Origin: Thiotrichales bacterium
GTDB lineage: Bacteria; Pseudomonadota; Gammaproteobacteria; UWMA-0217
Assembly (NCBI GenBank): GCA_024763135.1
Contig: JANTGD010000002.1
Coordinates: 1-41,951, forward strand
Direction of reading: 5' to 3'
Length of the DNA: 41,951 bases
In this document: one piece after another, positions 21,486 to 29,454 of the stretch
Layout: each line of letters opens with the position of its first letter
Position numbering within the stretch: position 1 is the stretch's first letter
Translations under genes and position numbers: made by a program
The notes under the pieces: model-generated
Databases searched by the model: none
What the model was told of the DNA's origin: nothing
What the model saw: only the letters and a program-made list of their open reading frames with translations

Positions 21486-21518
21486 GTAGCACGAGGCGAT
21501 TAGTCACTACGCAATGCG

Positions 21519-22148
21519 TCAGAAATAATAGGCGATCCCGGCTCCGAGCACATTCACTGCATCGCCTTGTTGATTGAAGCGCTCAATCTCCAGACGCAGG
21601 CCCAGTTCGTAGTTAAGTTGATACTCAATTGCAGCCCCGAGCACAAAATTGCTGCCACTGGTGCTTTCCTTCACTGACACGTCATTGACGGTGACGGTGG
21701 TGTCATTTTTCCACATAAAGACTCCCAACCAATCGTGAATTACAAAGTTTTCAAAGACCGGAAAGCGCCCTACGATGGAGATCTGGGCCCCTTTGCCCAA
21801 ATCAGGTTCAATGGATGCCAAATCCGCCGCAAACTGCTCTTCCTGTCCTGGTGGAACTGAGGCGGACGCCTTGAGATCAGTATTACCGAGATTGGCATAG
21901 CCGATCTGAGCCCCGAGATAGGGGGAAAAGTAAACGCCGTAATACGCCTTCCAGACAGTCGAGCTATCGGCAATGCTCGCCTTAGGGTCGGTCCAGTCTT
22001 TGCGTTGCAGGGAGGTTTCGATTTCTGAACCACTCTTGCTGAAAAACCCCTTCCCCATTCCAAAACCTGCATAGTATTGCAGCTCCCAGGCTTGGCTTGC
22101 AGCCGAACAGGTCAGAAGAACAGTCGCCAAAAGGATGCGTCGAATCAT
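21519..22148 (-). CDS. small outer-membrane beta-barrel protein (OmpA-like/OmpX-like 8-strand type)
   Basis: 209 aa. It has a signal peptide ending AASQA, alternating aromatic/hydrophobic strands and the C-terminal sequence GAGIAYYF with a terminal Phe. An AAGGA Shine-Dalgarno-like motif precedes it. Confidence 0.75.
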   Translation of the reverse strand: MIRRILLATVLLTCSAASQAWELQYYAGFGMGKGFFSKSGSEIETSLQRKDWTDPKASIADSSTVWKAYYGVYFSPYLGAQIGYANLGNTDLKASASVPPGQEEQFAADLASIEPDLGKGAQISIVGRFPVFENFVIHDWLGVFMWKNDTTVTVNDVSVKESTSGSNFVLGAAIEYQLNYELGLRLEIERFNQQGDAVNVLGAGIAYYF

Positions 22149-22177
22149 ACTATTTTATCCTTAAACATTAGATTTGA

Positions 22178-22316
22178 GTAACGATTCAGCGTGTGTAGAT
22201 TTTGCTTCATATCAAGGCATTTTCGCACGGAGAATCGAGCATATAGTCAATATGTGACCATTCGAGTACGAAAATAACGCCGAGATGGGCAAACGATGCA
22301 TATGCTGAGTCGTTAC
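22178..22316. mobile_element. MITE copy 1 (139 bp) with GTAACG... terminal inverted repeats
   Basis: The left end is gtaacgattcagc and the right end is gctgagtcgttac, giving 13 bp of inverted repeat with one G:T pair. The flanking 8-mers are agatttga (22170-22177) and agatttgt (22317-22324), a 7/8 direct repeat. By hand alignment it is about 88 percent identical to 41389-41529. Internal inverted repeats predict one long hairpin. Confidence 0.7.
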
Positions 22317-22343
22317 AGATTTGTTATTGCCATTAATAGGTTG

Positions 22344-25046
22344 TTATCCACGCTGCTGCCGACGCGCACGCGCCCGGTACTGAGCGAGCCAAGGGAAAAG
22401 CAGAATGCCCCAACCCCATGCACCCCCTCCTGTGGAACCTGACACACTAATGGACTCACTCTTCTGACCGGGTCCGGATGGATCCAGAATATAACCATCC
22501 TCAACTTCATCCTGGTCCCCATAGCCTCCGTCGGTCAGAATCACGGTCACCTCATCCCGCGCTGCATTGAAGCTCACACGACTCGGCGGAAACGCCTCCC
22601 ATCCGGTATCACTGTCGTACTTGTACCAGGTGTAGTTGGCATCCAGAGGCTGTTCGAACTTAAAGGTCAGAGAACCATCGCCACCGGGAGTATCGGTTTT
22701 GATCTTGAAATTGAACAAGCCGATTACACCGCGCGGTTTGCCCTGGGTAATTATATCCGCCGACTCCGGTACGGGCTCGAGCTTCACGAGATCGCCACTC
22801 ACAGCCTTGAAACCCACCGGCGCTTCATCTCCCCAGGCGGAGCGTATGGCCACAAAATCGTCCGGAATCGTCGTAATACCGTTATCCTCTACCGTCACTT
22901 TCACTTTGGCAGGCAAAGAAGGGGCGTGGAGGTTATCGGTGGTAATGAGTTCAAACTCGAGCACGATCGCGCCCTGCGCATTGCTAAACGAAGGTGCAAC
23001 AAAGTGGGTCACGCGCTTACCTGCATCATCGAACACCACACCGTAGTTAGTGACCTCGCGCCAGGCATATCCGTCACCTTCCGGAATAAAGCCATCCAGA
23101 TCTGAGCCGGTACCCGTCAGGGTAACGGTTTCCCCCTCAAATACCTTCTGATCCTCGCCTGCATTGGCATCAGGGCGCTGATTATCACTCACGATGACCT
23201 TGACTCGATCCGTGCTAAACAGCTGGGTAGGATCCTCGACCCGCAATTCGAACTCAAGCTCGACGGCCTTACCCACTTCCTGTTGCGGCGCCGTAAAGTT
23301 TGCCACCGCAGAATTCGCACCGGCAAGCGTCACCGCTACACCATTGACCTGCGTCCACTGATACGTCAGTTGCGCCGCTTCCCCGGCATCCTGATCCGTG
23401 GACTCACTGCCATCCAGGGTCACGGTCAGCCCCTCACCCACCACCTGATCAGGACCGGCTTTGGCCTCGGGAATATGTTGATTAGGATCAAGCACGGCCT
23501 GAACAACCACTTCCGCAGGCGTCGATTGCTGAGCACCCGGTGGATCAGGATCATTGTCGCTCACCACCAGATTAAAATGAAACACCGTATTGCCACTCAA
23601 CGGAGGCACGGTGAAACGGGCATCTTTTACTCCGACCGGCTCTAATGTTACCGGCACAGTATCATCTGCCTTTTGCGACCAAACGTAATTCGCAATCGTG
23701 CCCGCACCATCGGGATCGGTCGAATTTTTCTCTTTGAGCGTCACCACATCACCGGGTGCTGCCTGTAATGTCGTACTTTCTACCCCGGCTACCGGCGGGT
23801 CATTCTTGGTATTGTTGACCGTTACCGTCACCTCTTTGGGCGCGGAGACTCCACCCTTGTCATCGGTCACCGTGAGAGTAAATTTCAATACCTTGCCATC
23901 GCTGCCGACACGCGGGGTTTTAACCACCGGTTGTGTGCTTTGACAATCAGCTGCGGTAATCGTCAAGGGAAATGACTCGCCCGTGGGCGTCACGAGCTCA
24001 ACAGGATCTCCCAAGGTCACCGCCCAGACACACTGTTCAATCGTGCCATCCGGATCGTTGGAGGCAGAACCATCGAGCGTCACCTCCACATCTTCATCCG
24101 CAGTCGCTGGCGCGACAACAATGGCCACTGGCAAATCATTCGGCTTTTCAGTCACTGAAACCGTGACAGTGGCTACATTACTTACGTCATCATCACTATC
24201 TTTAATGGTATACGAGATCGTTTGAACACCGCTGGGAGTGGTCGCGAGCGGCGTGTATTCAATCGCCCCAGCTACAACCGCCGCCGAACCCGACGCTGGT
24301 CCCCCAGTAATTTGAATCGTGTGGTCACCAATTGCCCCGTCTCCTGGGGTATCGTTGGTCGTAACATTAATCGTCACAGGGTTTGGCGCTGTGGTCGTGC
24401 CGGAATCGTCAGCAGCCACTGGCACTTTATCGATTATTGTTACTTTTGTTGAATCTGTCTTTGCGCCCCAGCTACCTGATGCCAAGAGCTGAAAAGTGAA
24501 CTCCGTGTCTCCAGTGACTACGGGTGCTACGAAACTCGCGGACGCCGAATTGGCATTATTTAAACTAATCGTTGGTGAGGCTGGAGAAATCTGAGTCCAT
24601 GAATAGCTTGGTGTTTCTCCCCCTGTACCAGTTGCAGAACCAGTCAGTGTCACACTATCGCCTATATTCACAGTCTGGTCACCCCCTGCATCAACCGTGA
24701 CAATTAGAGGCTCATTGGCAGTGATCAAATTGGTTTTCGTCGTCACAACGCTGCCCGCAGCAGGACTGTCATCGGTCACCGTGAGCGTTACTGTATAGGT
24801 GCCCGCCACTGTATACTGATGTGTTGGACTTACAGCAGCACTTGTGCCGCCATCGCCAAAATCCCAAGCGTAACTCAGGTTATCCCCATCGGCATCTGTG
24901 TAAGTTGCGGTGAAAGCCACATTTAAAGGAGCTGTTCCCGATGTTGGGGAGGCGCTGAAATCACCAGTAGGGTTAGCGGCGAGCAATAAACTCGAATAGC
25001 CAACGCTAAACAGTATCAAAATCACATTAAAAAAGTGTTTTTTCAT
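22344..25046 (-). CDS. large secreted/surface protein with PKD and cadherin-like Ig repeats and a GlyGly-CTERM-like sorting tail
   Basis: 900 aa with a signal peptide. The first PKD domain reads FSASPTSGTAPLNVAFTA...WDFGDGGTS...HQYTVAGTYTVTLTVTDD. It is followed by about six more Ig-like repeats (DAGGDQTV..., AGPDQVV..., AGEDQKV...). Next comes a domain ending DGGYGDQDEVEDGYILDPSGPG. The tail is STGGGAWGWGILLFPWLAQYRARARRQQRG. Confidence 0.8.
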   Translation of the reverse strand: MKKHFFNVILILFSVGYSSLLLAANPTGDFSASPTSGTAPLNVAFTATYTDADGDNLSYAWDFGDGGTSAAVSPTHQYTVAGTYTVTLTVTDDSPAAGSVVTTKTNLITANEPLIVTVDAGGDQTVNIGDSVTLTGSATGTGGETPSYSWTQISPASPTISLNNANSASASFVAPVVTGDTEFTFQLLASGSWGAKTDSTKVTIIDKVPVAADDSGTTTAPNPVTINVTTNDTPGDGAIGDHTIQITGGPASGSAAVVAGAIEYTPLATTPSGVQTISYTIKDSDDDVSNVATVTVSVTEKPNDLPVAIVVAPATADEDVEVTLDGSASNDPDGTIEQCVWAVTLGDPVELVTPTGESFPLTITAADCQSTQPVVKTPRVGSDGKVLKFTLTVTDDKGGVSAPKEVTVTVNNTKNDPPVAGVESTTLQAAPGDVVTLKEKNSTDPDGAGTIANYVWSQKADDTVPVTLEPVGVKDARFTVPPLSGNTVFHFNLVVSDNDPDPPGAQQSTPAEVVVQAVLDPNQHIPEAKAGPDQVVGEGLTVTLDGSESTDQDAGEAAQLTYQWTQVNGVAVTLAGANSAVANFTAPQQEVGKAVELEFELRVEDPTQLFSTDRVKVIVSDNQRPDANAGEDQKVFEGETVTLTGTGSDLDGFIPEGDGYAWREVTNYGVVFDDAGKRVTHFVAPSFSNAQGAIVLEFELITTDNLHAPSLPAKVKVTVEDNGITTIPDDFVAIRSAWGDEAPVGFKAVSGDLVKLEPVPESADIITQGKPRGVIGLFNFKIKTDTPGGDGSLTFKFEQPLDANYTWYKYDSDTGWEAFPPSRVSFNAARDEVTVILTDGGYGDQDEVEDGYILDPSGPGQKSESISVSGSTGGGAWGWGILLFPWLAQYRARARRQQRG

Positions 25047-25096
25047 ATCGATTGATCACTCAAGCAAAGACTTTTAGAAAACATTCTCATGTCAAT

Positions 25097-25128
25097 AGCT
25101 GACGGAGTCAGCTAAAAGTCAGCTAAAA
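25097..25128. repeat. three AGCTGAC heptads (one inverted pair plus the 11-bp tandem gtcagctaaaa x2) upstream of the PKD-protein gene
   Basis: The heptads are agctgac (25097-25103), gtcagct (25107-25113) and gtcagct (25118-25124). The block lies 51-82 bp upstream of the ATG at 25046. Confidence 0.5.
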
Positions 25129-25182
25129 ATTAGTTTGGTAGATGACTATTACACAGAATTCCAACCCCCATCACGCAGGCGA

Positions 25183-26337
25183 TCACAGTTTTACACTTCG
25201 AGATCTGAGGCCCGCAATGCTGACGACAAAACTGGCAAAACAAACGCTTGCAGCGCTGAGGTAGGTGGCTTGGGGGCCGATTTGGGTCCAGAGATGGCCT
25301 GCCGCCCAACTGCCGAGGGCATTACCCAGGCCGAAACTAAGGCTGGAATAGAGCGCCTGTCCGCGTCCCTGGAGACGGCCTGGGAAAAAATGGTGCACGA
25401 GTTCGATGGCCGCAGCGTGAAACAGGCCATAGCTCGCTGCGTGCATGGTTTGCACGATGAGCAGAATCCACAGTGTATCCACATAGTCAGCGAGCAGGAT
25501 CCAACGGACGGTGGTAATCAACAGCGCAATGCGAAACAAGCGGATCGCGCCGAATTGGGCCAGCCAGCGATGCACTGCGAGAAAAACACCGATCTCCGCA
25601 ATCACCCCAACCGCCCAAAGCTGTCCGACTTCGGTGGCGGAATAACCGTGGTCCTGCAAATAGATACTCAGGAACGTGTAATACGGACCGTGACTCATTT
25701 GCAGCAGAAACGCTGCAACCAGAAACATGATCACGGGGGTGCGCGACAAGGTTGCGAGAATGGGCCCAGCCGTCTGCTCGGTATGCAGCTCGGATTTATC
25801 AGGCGTGAGCAACGTCACCGCCCAGATGACCACGAGCAGTCCTAAGAGCACGAACGGCAGCGGCGAGACGCCCACCCGATCGAACCAGTAGCCCAAACCA
25901 ACGACCGTCGCAATAAACCCCACCGACCCCCATAGGCGGATCCGCGCATATCGGGTGCGACGCGCACCCAAGTGATTGAGGGTCACCGCTTCGAACTGCG
26001 GCAGCCCTGCATGCCAAAAAAAGCTATAGATGCTCAAAATCGCGGCCAATCCCCAATAATTTTTTTCAAAGAGAATAGCGGTAAAACTCAGCGCCGCGAC
26101 AAACGCAGTCCAGCGAATAATGCTCAGCCGTCGCCCCAGATGGTCTGCAAGCCACCCCCAGAGGTAGGGCGCGATCACTTTGGTAAGCAGGGAAATCGCT
26201 ATCAGCTCACCGATCTGCTGAGGGGTGAAGGCGAGCGATTGCAGATAGACGCTCCAGTACGGCACGAATGCGCCAATACTCGCGAAATAAAAGAGATAGA
26301 AAGCCGACAGGCGAACATACGGGGTATCCTGCCCCAT
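25183..26337 (-). CDS. MFS transporter (MFS_1_like / HcaT-like family)
   Basis: 384 aa with about 12 transmembrane segments. The N-terminus is LSAFYLFYFASIGAFVPYWSVYL...GWLADHLGRR. Confidence 0.8.
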   Translation of the reverse strand: MGQDTPYVRLSAFYLFYFASIGAFVPYWSVYLQSLAFTPQQIGELIAISLLTKVIAPYLWGWLADHLGRRLSIIRWTAFVAALSFTAILFEKNYWGLAAILSIYSFFWHAGLPQFEAVTLNHLGARRTRYARIRLWGSVGFIATVVGLGYWFDRVGVSPLPFVLLGLLVVIWAVTLLTPDKSELHTEQTAGPILATLSRTPVIMFLVAAFLLQMSHGPYYTFLSIYLQDHGYSATEVGQLWAVGVIAEIGVFLAVHRWLAQFGAIRLFRIALLITTVRWILLADYVDTLWILLIVQTMHAASYGLFHAAAIELVHHFFPGRLQGRGQALYSSLSFGLGNALGSWAAGHLWTQIGPQATYLSAASVCFASFVVSIAGLRSRSVKL

Positions 26338-26360
26338 GAGAGTTGCTCCTGTGGCAGAGT

Positions 26361-27458
26361 TCAGGGTTGCGCGGGAATATCCGGCAGACTGGTTGTGACG
26401 TTCGCATTCTGCGCACGATGGCGCAGCGCATGATCCATGAGCACCAACGCGAGCATCGCCTCCGCGATGGGCGTGGCGCGGATGCCCACACAGGGGTCGT
26501 GCCGCCCCTTGGTGACCACTTCCACGGGTTCACCGTGCAAATTTACAGTGCGGCCTGGAATCCGAATACTGGAGGTCGGTTTCAACGCAATGCTGACTTC
26601 AATCGCCTGTCCGCTCGATATGCCGCCCAAAATCCCACCCGCATGATTGCTCAAAAAACCTTGCGGTGTCATTTCGTCCCGATGCTCCGATCCTTTTTGC
26701 GCCACGCTCGCAAAGCCGGCGCCGATTTCCACGCCCTTGACGGCATTAATGCTCATCATCGCCCGGGCGATATCCGCATCCAGGCGTGCAAAGATGGGTT
26801 CCCCCCAGCCGGGCGGCACCCCCTCTGCAACAGTATTGATCCGCGCACCGACCGAATCGCCTGCCTTGCGCAAGGCATCCATGTACGCCTCCATTTCAGC
26901 GACCTTGCCCGCATCAGGACAAAAAAACGGATTCTTCTCCACCTCATCCCAGGCAAATTGCTCGTAGCGTATCGGCCCCAACTCAGCCAGATAGCCGCGG
27001 ATGCGAATGCCATACTGCTCTGCAAGGTACTTTTTGGCGATCGCGCCAGCCGCAACGCGCATGGCCGTCTCCCGGGCGGATGAACGACCGCCCCCGCGAT
27101 AGTCGCGCAGGCCGTACTTTTTATAATACGTGTAGTCTGCATGGCCTGGACGAAATCGATCCATGATCTCGGAATAGTCCTTGGAGCGCTGGTCGGTATT
27201 GTGAATCAGTAAGGCGATGGGCGTACCGGTGGTCCGGCCTTCGAAAACGCCCGAAAGAATCTGCACCTCATCGGCCTCGCGTCGCTGAGTCACATGACGG
27301 CTCTTGCCGGGCCTGCGGCGCTCCAGGTCAGGCTGAAGATCAGCGGCAGACAATGCGAGCCCCGGCGGGCAGCCATCAACCACGCAGCCAATCGCCGGCC
27401 CATGACTCTCGCCAAAACTGGTCACCGTAAACAGTGTTCCTAAGGTATTTCCTGACAT
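26361..27458 (-). CDS. aroC: chorismate synthase
   Basis: Starting at ATG 27458 gives [24 protein letters not shown]. Confidence 0.95.
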   Translation of the reverse strand: MSGNTLGTLFTVTSFGESHGPAIGCVVDGCPPGLALSAADLQPDLERRRPGKSRHVTQRREADEVQILSGVFEGRTTGTPIALLIHNTDQRSKDYSEIMDRFRPGHADYTYYKKYGLRDYRGGGRSSARETAMRVAAGAIAKKYLAEQYGIRIRGYLAELGPIRYEQFAWDEVEKNPFFCPDAGKVAEMEAYMDALRKAGDSVGARINTVAEGVPPGWGEPIFARLDADIARAMMSINAVKGVEIGAGFASVAQKGSEHRDEMTPQGFLSNHAGGILGGISSGQAIEVSIALKPTSSIRIPGRTVNLHGEPVEVVTKGRHDPCVGIRATPIAEAMLALVLMDHALRHRAQNANVTTSLPDIPAQP

Positions 27459-27500
27459 GGTGATTTTACCAACTGTTATTTGTCCCGCATGCCCCACGCA

Positions 27501-28370
27501 TTATTCAAAAACAATGCTGCGATTGTCATAGACCAGCACAGTGTGATTGAGGTGATGCCATACCGCCCGTGCGAGCACTACTTTTTCCAGATCACGGCCT
27601 TTGCGGACCAGATCATCCACGGCATCTTCGTGGGTCACACGCGTCACGTCCTGTTCGATGATCGGCCCGGCGTCCAGCTCTGCGGTCACATAGTGACTGG
27701 TGGCGCCAATGATCTTCACGCCGCGTCGATACGCAGAATGATACGGCCGCGCGCCCGGAAATGCAGGTAAAAATGAATGATGAATATTGATAATGCGCTC
27801 AGGATAGGCATGGATGAATGCTTCGCTCAAAATCTGCATATATCGCGCAAGCACGATAAAATCGATACGCTGTTCGCGCAATAGGGCGAGTTGCTGCGCC
27901 TCCTGATCCGCTTTGTTCTGCGCATCGATGGGAAAATGGTGAAAGTCGATACCCAGGCGTTCCGCGACCGGCCGCATACGATCGTGGTTACTGATTACCA
28001 GAGGAATGTCCACCTGCCACTCCTGCGCCTCATAACGCGCCAGGATGTCATAAAAACAGTGCGGCAATTGCGAAACAAACAACGCCATGCGCAACCGTTG
28101 ATCCGCAAAATGTAAACGGAAGCGCATCTCAAATCGTGACGCGACCAGCGTGTTGAAGTACTCCGCCAGCTTATCGCGCTCGATCAGAAAGTCACTGAGA
28201 TCCCAGGCCACGCGCATAAAGAACACCTTTTGCTCGGCATCCACATGCTGATCGAGCTGCAATATATTGCCACCATTTTTGAAAATGAACTCGGTGACGG
28301 CAATGACGATGCCTTTCTGGTCGGGGCAGTGGATCAGCAGTATCGCTGCATTTTGTTTTTGACGCTTCAA
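27501..28370 (-). CDS. purU: formyltetrahydrofolate deformylase
   Basis: It has an N-terminal ACT domain (LLIHCPDQKGIV) and a formyltransferase core (NIHHSFLPAFPGARPY). It starts at TTG with a GGGAG Shine-Dalgarno-like motif 7 nt upstream. Confidence 0.9.
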   Translation of the reverse strand: MKRQKQNAAILLIHCPDQKGIVIAVTEFIFKNGGNILQLDQHVDAEQKVFFMRVAWDLSDFLIERDKLAEYFNTLVASRFEMRFRLHFADQRLRMALFVSQLPHCFYDILARYEAQEWQVDIPLVISNHDRMRPVAERLGIDFHHFPIDAQNKADQEAQQLALLREQRIDFIVLARYMQILSEAFIHAYPERIINIHHSFLPAFPGARPYHSAYRRGVKIIGATSHYVTAELDAGPIIEQDVTRVTHEDAVDDLVRKGRDLEKVVLARAVWHHLNHTVLVYDNRSIVFE

Positions 28371-28396
28371 GTGACAACTCCCGCTCGTAAAACCCT

Positions 28397-29311
28397 TCAG
28401 GCGTTTTGCCTGCCACGCAGCGCGGCGGCAGGTAGGTAGAACACACCGTGACCACCGCGCTCAAACTCCAGCCACACAAACGGCAACTCGGGATAGGCAG
28501 CTTCGAGTGCCGCCTGACTGTTCCCTACTTCGACTACGAGCGCGCCAGTCTCCGTCAAATATTCCGCAGCATCGGACAAGATTCGCCGCACAATGTTCAA
28601 TCCATCCTCGCCCGCCGCCAGCCCCAACTCCGGTTCATGGCGGAACTCTGCGGGCAATGCCGCCATATCCTGCGCATCCACATAGGGGGGATTCGACACG
28701 ATCAAATCGTAGCGCTGCTCAGGCACCGCAGCGAAAAGATCCGACTCGTACACCGTCACCCGCTCGCTCAACGCATGCGATGCCACATTCTGCTCTGACA
28801 GCGCCACCGCATCCGATGACAGTTCCGCCAAATCAACCTGCGCCTCGGGGAAGGCGTAGGCCGCTGCAATACCAATACAGCCACTGCCCGAGCAGAGATC
28901 AAGAATACGTGTGACACGCTCGGCTGCGACCCAGGGTGAGAAGCGAGTTTCGATCAGCTCTGCGAGGGGGGAGCGCGGCACCAGAACGGACTCATCGACT
29001 TGAAAGGGCAAGCCGCAAAACCATGCCGTGCCGGTCAGATATGCGGCCGGTTTGCGCGTGGTGATACGCGCTATCAGACGCTCGGCCACGGCTTGCCGTT
29101 CAGCGCGCGTAAGCCGGCAATCGCGGTATTCGTCGGAGAGATCCAGGGGTAATGACAGGACATCCAGCACCAACCAGGCGGCCTCGTCCAAAGCATTATC
29201 GGTCCCATGGCCAAAAAACAGGTCGCCCGTCGTAAATTGACTGGCGCCCCAGCGGATAAAATCACGAATACTGTGCAGCTCATCAATGGCAGCGGAAACA
29301 GAATCTGGCAT
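28397..29311 (-). CDS. prmB: 50S ribosomal protein L3 glutamine N5-methyltransferase
   Basis: It has a SAM-binding motif ([12 protein letters not shown]) and the NPPY motif (VSNPPYV). The N-terminus is [12 protein letters not shown]. The start is ATG 29311 or TTG 29335; I could not resolve which. Confidence 0.85.
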   Translation of the reverse strand: MPDSVSAAIDELHSIRDFIRWGASQFTTGDLFFGHGTDNALDEAAWLVLDVLSLPLDLSDEYRDCRLTRAERQAVAERLIARITTRKPAAYLTGTAWFCGLPFQVDESVLVPRSPLAELIETRFSPWVAAERVTRILDLCSGSGCIGIAAAYAFPEAQVDLAELSSDAVALSEQNVASHALSERVTVYESDLFAAVPEQRYDLIVSNPPYVDAQDMAALPAEFRHEPELGLAAGEDGLNIVRRILSDAAEYLTETGALVVEVGNSQAALEAAYPELPFVWLEFERGGHGVFYLPAAALRGRQNA

Positions 29312-29454
29312 GGGAAAGCACTCAACGGTCTGCAAAAATCCCGCATGATACTATAACCACGCCGCCACTACCTGGCGCGGTGGAAGTTGTTACTAACACA
29401 AGCCTTAGTAATGCCCATTGGCACAGCCTTTCCGATCATGGACTGACCGACAAG

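Noticed and set aside
25107-25128. The tandem 11-bp unit gtcagctaaaa x2, considered as a CRISPR-like or minisatellite feature.
   Set aside because: There are only two units of 11 bp with no spacers, so it is far too short for a CRISPR array. I treat it as a possible operator instead.
25135-25845. A 236-aa plus-strand ORF overlapping the MFS transporter.
   Set aside because: It is antisense to a well-supported 12-TM transporter and has a hydrophilic, Arg-rich composition typical of shadow ORFs. The same reasoning applies to 9884-10585 (antisense to trpB), 40386-41135 (antisense to parC) and 7242-7826.
29380-29454. A GTG-initiated 25-codon extension of the SCO1-like::psd ORF.
   Set aside because: The ATG at 29455 immediately precedes the hydrophobic anchor and gives a typical signal-anchor N-terminus. 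The extension has no supporting signal. The start nevertheless remains unverified.
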